A stretch of DNA of 64,000 nt from the NCBI GenBank assembly GCA_965112155.1, contig OZ218103.1; one strand, given 5' to 3'. This DNA is from Podarcis liolepis (taxonomy: Eukaryota). Positions 11,817 to 23,599 of this stretch are shown here, piece by piece (positions within the stretch are counted from its first letter, which is position 1; the number at the start of each line of letters is the position of its first letter). Made by a program: the position numbers and the translations under genes. The notes beneath the pieces are model-generated. The model was given only the letters and a program-made list of their open reading frames with translations. It ran no database searches and was not told where the DNA came from.

Positions 11817-12420
11817 CCACCAGATCACATAAGGCCCCACAACATACTGGCTTTCTGTATGAATAATTCAAACCACATGAAGGTTATCTTATGAATGACA
11901 TTAAATGCAAAATAAACTTTCCTGAGACATGAGCTTTCAGATGCTACAGCCAGGACTGTATGTTTTCTGTGATTCTGCACAAGCACAGAGAAGGTGCAAA
12001 ATGGGATCACTGGGTGCATAACCTCGTCTTTCTTTTCTTAAAAAACCCAAGTTTCTAGTCCTTTTGCTTACCAACCATAAGTTGCAAGCATGCAAAGTCT
12101 CTGACTCAAGAGGTGCTAAATAAGATTTCCAGTAGTCTAGGTGTACTATTTCAAAGTCGTGGCTCCTCCCCATAACTTACTGGTTATGGACATATTACAG
12201 GTTTTCTTTTGATACTGTTTTTGTTTTACTCAGCATTGTGCAGAATTGTTTTTAAGTGAAAATTTACACACAGCCTATTTCACTGTCTGTATAACATGGG
12301 CTACAAGCTTAGTAAGAATGTAAGTGGAAAACGCCTATGTGACGCTCCAACATAATCAGCTATTTAGCATCTTCATCAATATCTTTACATCTCTCTCTCT
12401 GTTTTTTCCCCCGTCAACAG

Positions 12421-12495
12421 AGCCCCAAACGGATGTCCGATGCCGAAGTACAAACAGATCCAGTATCAATTGTGCCTTTTGTGAAACCCAAGTAA
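12421..12495 (+). CDS. BCAS1: BCAS1 last coding exon ([24 protein letters not shown])
   Basis: Long pyrimidine tract plus caacag acceptor ending at 12420; stop TAA at 12493-12495. Matches the recalled human C-terminus [24 protein letters not shown]. Confidence 0.95.
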   Translation, partial: [24 protein letters not shown]

Positions 12496-15400
12496 TGAAT
12501 ACACCGAACCAAATGACAGATCGTTGGATCTCCGCCATCATTTCCCCTCACCCATGCAGTGTAAAAAAGGAGACTTGCTTTGGTTCATTTTTCTTCCCTT
12601 CCACCCCCTTGCTTCATATGGTTGTTGCCAAACAATAGCTGTGCTAGGCTCAAGCAAAGACTGGTGTACATTCTGGATTTCTTCAGCATGTTTTCTTCAA
12701 ATAGGCTAACTTAAAGGTCACAGAAAAGCAATGGAGAAACTCTTAGAGTTGAGGAGAGCTCAGCTGCTGGGAAGGTTAATGGGAAAGGAAAAGAATAGAG
12801 AGTCATGTCAGTCCAAGGGGTAGGGAGAGTGATATTGACTATGGCCACTAACATAAAAATCCTCACAGCATAAAAGCTCACCATTCTTAGGGCAAAGTCA
12901 GATGTTACTTTAATAGCTCTATTATCAACCACATCTGTGTATGTGTGCATTTTAAAATTGAATACCAGGGGCATGTGGGGAGGGGAGGTTTATCCCTCCT
13001 CCCCAGCTACGATGCTGATTAAAATTAACCAAATGGAGCATCTTCTCCCACTTTGTCAAAGCTAATTGCTGTTAGTGGAGGGCATTTTTTGTCAGGATTG
13101 CATCTGGGAAGAGAATTGTTAAGGTTCCCTTTCCTTCATGCTGCAGTCCCTATGAAAATTGGGGAGGCGGGGCAAGCACGTGCCTGGTCTTGATTTTTTC
13201 AAAACAAGATGTGGTTGCTAATTAGAGCATTAAAGTAATGCTTGGTTTCGACCTGAAATGGAGACTTCTGCTCCCACATCTGGCCCTGTCATGCCATCTT
13301 ATGGCAAGGTCGTCCCCCCCATGCTCTGTCTCTGGGCAGCCTCACTGAACAAAGACATACGTCTCTGATGACCAGATCTTAATGTGCATGCCTTTGGCCA
13401 GGGCTGAGCCCAGCAGATTGATCCACTTCACATCCCCTGCAAGGGGAAAGCAAAATTATGAGAGTCTCTTATTACCCCCAGCTGCAATAAACATGTTGGG
13501 CAGTTAATTAGAGCTTCCAAATTTAGTGTACCCAGTTAGCATATTCATAATTTGTATCTTCATTGCTTTTTTCTTTACGCAATATGCAGATTGTGTTTTC
13601 CTGGTTTGCGGGCGGATCACAGCCCTAACCGTGCCTTATCCCTAGCCTGTATTCCAAGCTCTCCCTGCATGTGTACCTATGGAGATAAGGTCTACTTGTA
13701 TGTGTACCTATGTGTACCTATGTGCAGATGTCTACTTGTTAACAATCTTTACAGCACATCATACCATTTTAATCTGGACTGATTAGCATAACAGTGAGCA
13801 CGCAGCAGTGTTGCAGTCAAGTGGTGTAGAATCCTTCCTTGTCATAAGTGTGGAGAATAGTACAGACTAAGTTGGTCAGGGAGATGGTGTTCAAAGCACA
13901 ATGTTTGCGTTAGCCAGCAAAACTGCAACCTGAAGATTCATATCTTCCCACTTGCCTATCTCTGAGCATGGGGAAGTTATCTTATACTGTGTGAGACCAT
14001 TCAGCATTGCCTCCTCGAAATGGTCATAGCCCTCTAAGATCTCAGGTCTTTCCCATCCCAATATGTGAGATTGAATCTGTCACCTACAATATTGCAAAGT
14101 ATGAGTTCTCTCACTATGCTGTTGTTCCTTTCGATTGCCTGTGGCTACTCTAGGAATCAAAATCAGTTTCAGTTGGGAGTATTGTAGATGTATGGTCAGG
14201 TGAGATAGACAGCCTTTTAAGAGGAGGCAGTCTTCTTACACCTCTCTGTAACCTGGTGCAGATATAATGGGCATGGTTAGCATTTGTTGCTAACCCTGGT
14301 TCTATCCTTTGCAGTGAAAAGATCTAGTTTTTCTAGTTATGCTCTATAAACAGAGAATAGTTCAGTTCAGTTAATCATTCTCAGCTTCATAAATATGTGG
14401 TTTCATAACCTGTGGCTTATGAAGCCTGAAACAAGCTTACATTGTCCAATGTATATAGGGAGAACTTGTTGCCTTAACTATGGTTTGGTCATTACAGATG
14501 CAGTACATAACCACAGCTAATGCAAACTATGGTTTGCAAACACACTTCAGTCCATAGTTTCCCACCCTATTTTCCGGGCAACTCTTAATGATCATCTAAT
14601 TAATCAGATGCAGTGCTTAACCATGGTTAAGAAAGTAAACCACAGTTAAGTGTTATGTCTGCATAGGGTAATGTGGAAGATGGAATGATTATTCTAACAA
14701 AGAAAGTAAGAAAACATTCTAAGCCTGCAATTCTAAACAAAATACAATTACTCAGAAGTAAGATTTATTGAACAGTAAACATTGCATTGGGTTGCACAGC
14801 GTAATAAGGGTCCTGTTTAAAATAATTATAGTTAGATGGAGGTGATAAGAAGGATTCTGTTTTTGTGGCAAAATTATGTGGAGGGTGGAAGAATAAGTAT
14901 AAAGCTTTTAAAATCATCATTTGATAAATTGAACATTGACAATATTTGTTTTAATAAAAAAAAGTTTGTGGTTATAAGTGCCAAGGTCATATAACTCAAC
15001 TTTTAAGAGTGTGCTTCAAATTGATTTTCAAGTTATTAATATTGAAAAGGGTGAAATGTACAGGACTTCTAACTCATTCTCATCTATTTTCTTCCTTGAT
15101 GTAATAAAATGGGGGGAAATTAGCTTTTGAAAAGAAAATGATTAAAGTATTAACAAAAATGCAGCACAATGGAGCCCTTTATATCACTAACTCAAAGGAT
15201 GTATTTACTTTTGTTATTAATTTTTTTCTTATCATTAAAGAAAAACACTTCAGTTTTACAGAAACGTTTTTTAGTTTATGCCTGTAACTAAACTTAATTC
15301 CTTAAATGAAAACTATACCAGATTATAAGACTGAACAAAATTTTGCCTGCTTCAAAAAGATCACGAGATGCAAGTTTAATAGTGTTCATGGAAAATTCAG

Positions 15401-15530
15401 ATATGTGTGTTATTGTAAAAGCAAGGAAGAATAAGACTAATAATATAAACTAGCACCTGAATTCTAAATAGTTGTATATTTTGATTTTCTTCTGATTCAA
15501 TAAACATTCCTGAAGAGAACTCATTTGCAT
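12496..15530 (+). other. BCAS1: Probable BCAS1 3' UTR with several candidate poly(A) signals
   Basis: AT-rich and poor in young TEs. AATAAA at 13486, 14953, 15103 and 15499, the last followed by a U/GU-rich tract. The end position is inferred. Confidence 0.55.
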
Positions 15531-16731
15531 TTTTAGTGTTTCAACTGAAAGTCATCATTCATGGTCACAGTTATTTTAAATCTGATATGGAGTTGATGGA
15601 AGAAGATTATACAATATTATTTAAAATAACCAGTGATCTACCAGGGACATCCAGTGATCTACCTGTTTGACGTGCCTGCTATAACCTTTCCTCTTGGGGG
15701 AATCACTCTACCCCCTTTTATCATTTTGGCTTACCTTTTCTGAACTTTTCCCAACTCTACAACATTCTTTTTGAGGTGAGACGACCAGGGCTAGTATAAG
15801 CTACTACAAGAATTTCAAACCTAGCCTGGTAGCACACAATTGATAGCAAAATAATTTTAATACCAAAAGTATGTCTCGCATGGGGAGAGGAATGACCATG
15901 TTCTCTGCTTTCTGGAGGGTTTTTTGTTTTGTTTTGTGCAGGGGGAGTTGACAAGTGTGTTGGGTCACTTCATTTCACTTTTTTCCTGCCTTCCTTCTCC
16001 TGCACTAACTGTAGTTGATGCGGTTCCCTTTAAAGCAAGAATCATCTGACTTTGTGAACAGCAATTAACAAGCATTAAGTGAATTGGGAAACGACTCCCA
16101 AGCAATTTCTACAGCACTTGAAAGAAGACATGTGTGCTTTCCTTTCACCCTTCATCTCTTCCACACACTGGAGCAATTGCAGGGCAGTTTTTTTCCACCT
16201 AGTGCATCTTGAGCTCCAGATGTGCTTGAGCGCAACTGAAATCTGAGCCTCGCTTTATAGTGCTACACAATTTGTCGCACCACAGAACATCAGTCAGGCC
16301 AGTGGAGTGGGGGAATTCAGTTTTCCATAACAATGAAATAAAATGCTCCTGGCTCTCCCTGTGACCTCTGTGATGTTTCTGAAGGATATCTTCAGTTTTA
16401 TTAGGTTAGTTCGTGAACTTAAGCACAGATACATGGATGCAAAGTAACTTTTATATCAAGGAGACGGCTTAGAAAAGCGTGACTGCAAACATCTGTCCTA
16501 AGAAGGAGGAAGGGACTGCATGAACAATTCAGAATTGGCTCTCGCAAGAGGTAGAGAAGGCCGCCAATTTGCATTGCTTTAAAAGATGAGACAAATTCAG
16601 GGAGGACAGGGCTTTCAGCAGCTACTAGTTAGAACGGTTATGCGCTCCCACCACTGGGAAGTTGTATGCCTCCCGGGTGAATACCAGTTGTTGGGATTCA
16701 CAAGTAGGGAGAGCATTGGTGCATTCATGTC

Positions 16732-17755
16732 GAGAGGCACAGATTGCAGCTATAACACAGGCGGCATTTTTTCATCTCTGCCAAGCTAAGCAGTTGGCCC
16801 CTTATCTCTCTCGCCCTGACCTAGCCACTGTGATCCACGCGACGGTCACCTCCAGACTGGATTATTGTAACTCGCTCTACGTGGGGCTGCCCTTGAGACT
16901 GACCCAGAAACTCCAGCGGGTGCAGAATGCCGCAGCGAGACTCCTTACAGGGTCCTCACTGCGAGATCACATTCACCCGGTGCTATACCAGCTGCACTGG
17001 CTCCCAGTGGGGTACAGGATCAGGTTTAGGGTGCTGGTTTTAACCTTTAAAGCCCTATACGGCCTAGTACCCTCGTACCTACGGGACTGCCACTCCTGGT
17101 ATGTCCCACAGAGGACCTTACGGTCTTCAAACAAAAACATATTGAAGGTCCCAGGCCACAGAGAGGTTAGGCTGGCCTCAACCAGAGCCAGGGCTTTTTC
17201 GGCTGTGGCTCCGATCTGGTGGAACGCTCTGTCACAAGAGACTAGGGCCCTGCAGGACTTGACATCTTTCCGCAGGACCTGCAAGACGGAGCTGTTCCGC
17301 CAAGCCTTTGGCTAGTGTGGTGTAGTGGTTAAGAGCGGTAGTCACGTAATCTGGGGAACCAGGTTCGTGTCTCCACTCCTCCACATGCAGCTGCTGGGTG
17401 ACCTTGGGCCAGTCACACTTCTTTGAAGTCTCTCAGCCCCACTCACCTCACAGAGTGTTTGTTGTGGGGGAGGAAGGGAAAGGAGATTGTTAGCCGCTTT
17501 GAGACTCTTGAAGGGGAGTGAAAGGCGGGGTATCAAATCCAAACTCTTCTTCTTCTTCTTCTTCTTCTTCTGACCCCCACCTTTGGCAATCTTCACAGAA
17601 CTCTAGCCCAATGGTTGCCATCAATTTGATTTGAAGTAATTTTTTAATGAAATGATTTTAGAATGTTGTATTATTTTATTGTTGTTAGCCGCCCTGAGCC
17701 CGGCTTCAGCTGGGGAGGGCGGGATATAAATAAAAATTTATTATTATTATTTATT
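16732..17755 (+). mobile_element. L2 LINE 3' fragment (RT C-terminus plus 3' UTR), interrupted by a SINE
   Basis: ORF 16662-17315 contains HATVTSRLDYCNSLYVGLP...LQRVQNAAARLL...LHWLPV, the L2 ORF2 signature. 3' end gccgccctgag...(TTA)n; atgtc repeated at 16727 and 17756. Confidence 0.92.
17316..17571 (+). mobile_element. Squam3-like (MIR/Ther1-derived CORE) SINE with (CTT)n tail
   Basis: tRNA-like A box tggtgtagtgg, B box ggttcg, CORE gggtgaccttgggccagtcac, (CTT)n tail; near-identical to the copies at 52504 and 60690. Confidence 0.85.
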
Positions 17756-18287
17756 ATGTCCTGCTTGCAGGCTTCCCATGGGCATCTTGTTGACCACTGT
17801 GAGAAAAAGAATACCAGACTAAATGGGCCTTTGCCGAAAGGGAAGCTGAGGCTTTTGTACAAAGTAAGATGATTAGAAAGGAAAAGTAGATTGGAAAGAA
17901 TTTGAGAGGAGATCTTTCAGGTAAGGCAGAGAATGCTGTCCAGGAAATGGTGGGAAGGAAGTCAGAAGGAAGAAAATCTAAAGGAGCTTTGGCTATCATG
18001 ACATAAAGCAAATTTAAAGAGGGAAAGGAGTAGAGATGCAGACCAACCTGAAAAAGGGCTGCACAAGACAGAAAATAGTGGAAAGTTTGATTGAGATACA
18101 AGATACATTCAGGCTGTGCTCATGTCACTCGTGCATGTAACACGATGTGTCACATGCACGGTGTTCACGTGACACATCAGCAAATCGCCCCTCCTTGAAA
18201 ATTTGGGGGTCCCTTGGCTCCTCTGCCCTCCTTAGATGGCACTCCTGCCAGCATTGCAGTGATACTTGGGCCCTGTTGCAAAGATTA

Positions 18288-18645
18288 AAGGTAAAGGTAA
18301 AGGGACCCCTGACCATTAGGTCCAGTCGTGACTGACTCTGGGGTTGCGGCGCTCATCTTGCTTTATTGGCCGAGGGAGCCGGCGTACAGCTTCCAGGTCA
18401 TGTGGCCAGCATGACTAAGCCGCTTCTGGAGAAACAGAGCAGCACATGGAAACACCGTTTACCTTCCGGCCGGAGTGGTACCTATTTATCTACTTGCACT
18501 TTTGATGTGCTTTCGAACTGCTAGGTTGACAGGAGCAGGGACAGAGCAATGGGAGCTCACCGCCACCGCGGGGATCCGAACCGCTGACCTTCTGATCGGC
18601 AAGTCCTAGGCTCTGTGGTTTAACCCACAGTGCCACCCGCGTCCC
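18288..18645 (-). mobile_element. Sauria SINE, full length
   Basis: Head gggacgcgggtggc, (ACCTTT)n tail; TSD tgttgcaaagatta at 18274-18287 and 18646-18659. Confidence 0.93.
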
Positions 18646-18657
18646 TGTTGCAAAGAT

Positions 18658-19094
18658 TAGGGATGGACAAATTGGTTTCTCTCCATTTCTCATTATTCCA
18701 ATCTTAAATTCTGTTGTCCACATTTCTACATCAGTTTGCAATTTCCTTTTTTAAGGTTTCATGAAAATTCATCACCCTTTTAGTGCAAATTTCCCCTAAA
18801 ATACACATTTTTGTATGCCATCTTGCCTAATAGGTGCAATTTTGCAAGCGATTTTCCCCAGCAGAGTGCATTCTTGTAAGTAATTTTCACTAACACATAT
18901 ACATTTTTATCCATACTTTCCCTAAATATGTGCATCTTGAACGCATAATTAGGCTGGAAAACTGCATTGTAAAATCTGGTGAAGTGCAAATCTTGAAGGA
19001 TAGTTTCACATTGGTTTGTGCCTTGTTTTGGGAAATGAGAATTAGGAAGGTCTGCCTTTCAATGCAGACTGAACCAAATGTCTACCCCATCCCT
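18658..19094. mobile_element. Non-autonomous DNA transposon with tagggatgg/ccatcccta TIRs
   Basis: Terminal inverted repeats; related copy at 10645. Confidence 0.6.
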
Positions 19095-19780
19095 AAAAAA
19101 GATATACCATGACACAGGATTGGTTTGCTAACTGCTATAAATCCCAATACTTCAGCTTAATTAGCTCATGTGTTTGCCTTCAATTGTGTTGGAAATAAAT
19201 AGAAAAGCACACAAGAATAAATGTTGTCTTCTGTACTTTCTGTTAAAATTCTAACACAAACCTTTTCCCAGATGACTCAGGATGCACTTTTCACTGGAAA
19301 TTACATTTCTGGCTCACCCAGATTTTGATTCGCAAGAAACTGGGTGTTCCAATTACATGTAGCTGACTCCAAACAGTTGTCCCTCTCAATATTTCTGTAT
19401 GGTATTTGATTGGGTTTCCAGCTCTCCACCTTAAAATGGATCTCAATGATGTATAATACCAGTCTTGCAGGAAGACAAAAGCAAAAACCCCAGCAAACCT
19501 CTAATTCCACTGAGAACCAGTCTAACAAAGTAGAAACATTTTTGGGAATGCGGGCAGGAAAGCTCTGGGCTCTTGCTTGAACAGAACTGATGACTAAACA
19601 TAAACAGAGCAAAAAACATGGCCTAAAGTGACTTCCCCTTCTCACTGCCTTCAGCCCGCAAAGTAGATGCTCTCTGATACCACATCTTCGCTCTGTCTTA
19701 ATGACAACAACAATAAAGAGATGAAGCGATATTGTTTATGGTGAACATAAGATGCCCACCCGGAATCCTGTTTCCTGCCC

Positions 19781-19799
19781 TGGCCACCAGATGGCAGAA
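19781..19799 (+). promoter_or_regulatory. Strong CTCF-binding motif
   Basis: TGGCCACCAGATGGCAGAA closely matches the CTCF core; ctgtttcc lies just upstream at the position of the upstream module. Confidence 0.6.
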
Positions 19800-19812
19800 G
19801 TCCACAAATGGG

Positions 19813-20078
19813 TTTAGCCATTTGGTCGTGTCCAGCTCTTCCTGACGCCATGGACCAGAGCACGCCAGGCACTCCTGTCTTCCACTGCCTCCCGCAGTTT
19901 GGTCAAACTCATGCTGGTAGCTTCAAGAACACTGTCCAACCATCTCGTCCTCTGTCGTCCCCTTCTCCTTGTGCCCTCCATCTTTCCCAACATCAGGGTC
20001 TTTTCCAGGGAGCCTTCTCTTCTCATGAGGTGGTCAAAGTATTGGAACCTCAGCTTCAGGATCTGTCCTTCCAGTGAG
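19813..20078 (-). mobile_element. BovB 3' fragment
   Basis: ORF 19814-20098 (-) SLEGQILKLRFQYFDHLMRRE...; imperfect TSD caaatggg/caagtggg. Confidence 0.92.
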
Positions 20079-20862
20079 CAAGTGGGACATGAGGGCAATT
20101 AGATCAGACACTGAGCGAGAGCTCCTTCCTCTGTCTTACAGCCAGCCAGCTAGCCAATCCTTCTTTAAGAATGCTCCATTCCGTTCGCCTGCAGGATCAG
20201 ACAATTGGTCCATCTATCCTAGATGGTTTCTTTCCAGGATCTCAGGAAGCAAGAGGATTTTCCCATCAACTGCTACCTGCAGGACCCCCCTGTACTCACC
20301 AACACAGAGTGCCAGCACCTCTTTATTTCCAGAGCAACCATGTTGTGCCCCCCACCCTCTTATTAATATATGAGTACTGGCACCTCTTTTTTTACACCCC
20401 CCCCCAAAAAAAGCACTGGCCACCTGAGATCCTTTTCTCCAGTGTGGTATATTGCGCACTGTTGGTAACATAAATTATATTTCCCTAGTAAATTTCTGCC
20501 CAGAAGAGCAAGCACCCTTTTTGACTTTAAATCAAAGCAGGGCAGGCTGTTGCAGAGGAAATTAATTCAGCACACAGGAGGTGGATAAGAGGTTTCAATT
20601 GTATTTTCACTCCATTGTGTTTAATTATATTTTTATGATTATATTTAATGTATTGTTTATGTAAGCCAGCCAGACTACAAATGTGGAATAATGAGATATA
20701 AACATTATTTACTTACTGGAGCAATGATTGATGCTCAGCATGTATGGGATGGGGGGGGGATGATGCTTAGTGTGAGAACAGGTGTGCCACAAATATACAA
20801 CAGTATCCTTATTTTCATCTTGTCCCTTATGCACGTGCTGCTTGCATACTGGCCAAAGCACT

Positions 20863-21797
20863 AAAAAAGATAAAGGTAAAGGACCCCTGATGGTTAAAAG
20901 GCGACTATGGAGTGCAGTTTTTCATCTCGTTTTTCAGGCCGAGGGAGCTGACAGCTTTCCAGGCTGCAGACAGCTTTCCAGAACATGAGGCCAGCATGAC
21001 TAAACCGCTTCTAGTGCAACGGAACACTGTGATGAATGCCAGAGTGCACAGAAACGCCGTTTACCTTCCCGCCGCAGCGGCACCTATTTATTTACTTACT
21101 CTAGTGTGCTTTCGAACTGCTAGCTTGGCAGAAGCTGGGACAGAGCAACGGGAGCTTACCCTGTCATGGGGATTAGAACCGCTGACGTTCCGGTTGGCAA
21201 GCCCAAGAGACTCGGTAGTTTATTTATTTATTTTTTTATAATATTTTTATTGCTTTTTTCCAAGGTCAGATACATCATCAATAACTCAGCAAAAGCGGTT
21301 TTACAAAAGAAAAAAGAAGAAAATAGAAGAAAGAAAATTCACATTTTCAAACAATTTTTCATAATCCACTGGACTTCCCCACATCCTCCGCGCCCTGCAT
21401 TCTTTACAATAAAAAATAACAGCAAATTGATACCTTGTTTCATGCGTTTTTGTACTTTCATCTAATTATATTTTAGATTTAGAGTACGTCTTATTAGCTC
21501 ACTTTTTCCCATCATCAATCCCAAAAAAAAGGAACATTACTCTAAAATTTAGACTTATCACAGTCATAGCTTAATTTCCACCATTTTCAAAGTTAATCAC
21601 TGAAGCTTGTTTTTCCCAAAACTTAGCAAATTCTCAACATTCATATAACTTATAGTGTTTTTGCAAATAGTCCTTAATTTTTTTCCAGTCTTCTTCCACT
21701 GCCTCTTCTCCCAGGTCACGGATCCTGCCAATCCTTGGTTTCCTTAGGGGGGTGGGAGACTCGGTAGTTTAGACCACAGCACGACCTGCGTCCCAAA
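20863..21797 (-). mobile_element. Sauria SINE (variant subfamily) split by an L1 insertion
   Basis: Tail at ~20863-20885, head at ~21772-21794; outer TSD gccaaagcact at 20852-20862 and 21798-21808. Confidence 0.85.
21223..21755 (-). mobile_element. L1-type LINE 3' fragment
   Basis: Minus strand encodes GRIRDLGEEAVEEDWKKIKDYLQK, then a T-rich UTR and A-rich tail; 16-bp TSD gagactcggtagttta at 21207-21222 and 21756-21771. Confidence 0.8.
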
Positions 21798-23470
21798 GCC
21801 AAAGCACTGCAACCATCTGGAGAAGTCTTCCTGACGATCCCAGTTATGTCATATTCATTTACTTCCTTTTAGCACAATGACACCAGTATTTGGAGTCCCA
21901 ACAGGGGAAAAGGTGGGGTAAAAATAAACAGAACAACAACAAAATTTGGAACACTGTTCTACCTACAATCCTGATATTTCACCACCTGCTGAAAATGTAT
22001 TTGTTTCACCAAGCATTGGCCTGATTCCATATTGATCTTTTGTTCTGTATTTTATGATTTGATAATTTCATGATTTTTTTTAGAAGCTTGTGGTATTTAA
22101 TGATTTTATTGTGCAGCAACTTGAATCTTTTGTATGCTCTTATAAACAAATAAAATATATTGGTGGAATTTTGGGGAATACACTGTTGCTTTCTGCTGCT
22201 TGCGGGGATCCTTGTTCTTCTGCAGATGCAGATTTTTGAAAACTTTGTCCAGACATACAATTATGTCTTCATGACACACAAAGATAAACACAAAAAGGAA
22301 AGATAGTCATGTTGCTTGTAAGAAAAATGTCTTAACTCCACATTAGGGGGAAACCATTATTAGCCCAACCAAAGTGTTATAAAACTCTGCCCATAATAGC
22401 CTTTTCCTCCTCATTACAGTCATGGATGCTGATATATAAGAGCCAGCATCCATAAAATATGCATGGGCCGCCTATGACTATCTCACAATGTCTTGCGACA
22501 AAGCACATTTTCTCCTCTTTACTTTGATTAAAAAAAACCCTACTCCTGCTCTATGAACTTTAAACTATAATACATCAATTGTACACGCCTCTCTCCCTCA
22601 TTGTTTTGGCTCAAGGAGTGGCTGACAAGGGCATTGTAAACCAGCTGGTGCTTAGTGTTTCCATTTAAATAGGTTTCAGAGTGAGCTGCCAAAACTGTAA
22701 AGACGTTCTGCTTTGTGCGGAGGAAAAGAAAGCAACTTGGACGATACCTCAGTTCCATTTTTCTAGTAACTTCTGTCTCACCATCTTTAAATGTACAGAG
22801 AGAAAGAGAGAGGAGTGTTAGCACAAGGCCTGCTAACTATAGTCCTCACTAATGCTGCGATTAGAAGTTGCCAGGTTTTGCCCGGTTTCATTAACAAAGA
22901 TCCTTCAACAATTGCTTCACATCACTTCTACGCTCCAGTTTCTTCCTGCTTTCCCCCCACACAGACTCCCTTCCAGAGTTTTAACCTTCCATGACCAGTA
23001 GAGGGGGCCTTGCTCTAATTTCTGGAGACCTTGATCAATAATAGCTCTTTTTCTCTCTCTTTTCCAGAAAACATGCAGGAACGCTGTAGAAATGCACTCA
23101 TTGTGTCTTCGTCAGATAGTTTCCCTTCCAGAAACAAGCTCAATGCAACTTCTTCTTCTTCTTTTTTTTGGTCAGTTTGCTACAAAAGCCAGTACACAAC
23201 CTTTTCTTCTTTCTTTCTTTTTGGCCAATTTGCAGCAGAGGCAAAAAACCGTAAGACGAGAGAGCTGAGGGAGCCCTATCAGCATTGAGTCCCTGACCGC
23301 AGATAAGCAGCACACAGGTCACCTGATTAGTTTCACCAGCTGTAGTAGTGGTTCTCAAACTTTTTTCTCTGTTAATGAATGTTAGAATGATGTTGGATTG
23401 AAGTTAAGGGGTTTCTAGCTGTAATGGTATAAAAGAATATGAAAAAAATGGATTCTTAACAGGTAAATTT

Positions 23471-23599
23471 AGTTACAGATAGGTAGCTGTGTTGGTCTGC
23501 CATAGTCAAAACAAAAAAATTCCTTCTAGTAGCACCTTAAAGACCAACTAAGTTAGTTCTTGGTATGAGCTTTCGTGTGCAAGCACACTTCTTCAGATA
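23471..23599 (-). mobile_element. Penelope-like element terminal fragment
   Basis: Same sequence family as 30737-30843; absent from the homologous L1 at 26207; carries a hammerhead motif. Confidence 0.8.
23562..23599 (-). ncRNA. Minimal type I hammerhead ribozyme motif (Penelope-associated), stem I truncated
   Basis: Minus strand reads UAU-CUGAAGA-A-GUGUGC-UU-GCACAC-GAAA-GCUC-AUACC: CUGANGA and GAAA boxes, 6-bp stem II, palindromic AGCU stem III. Confidence 0.7.
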
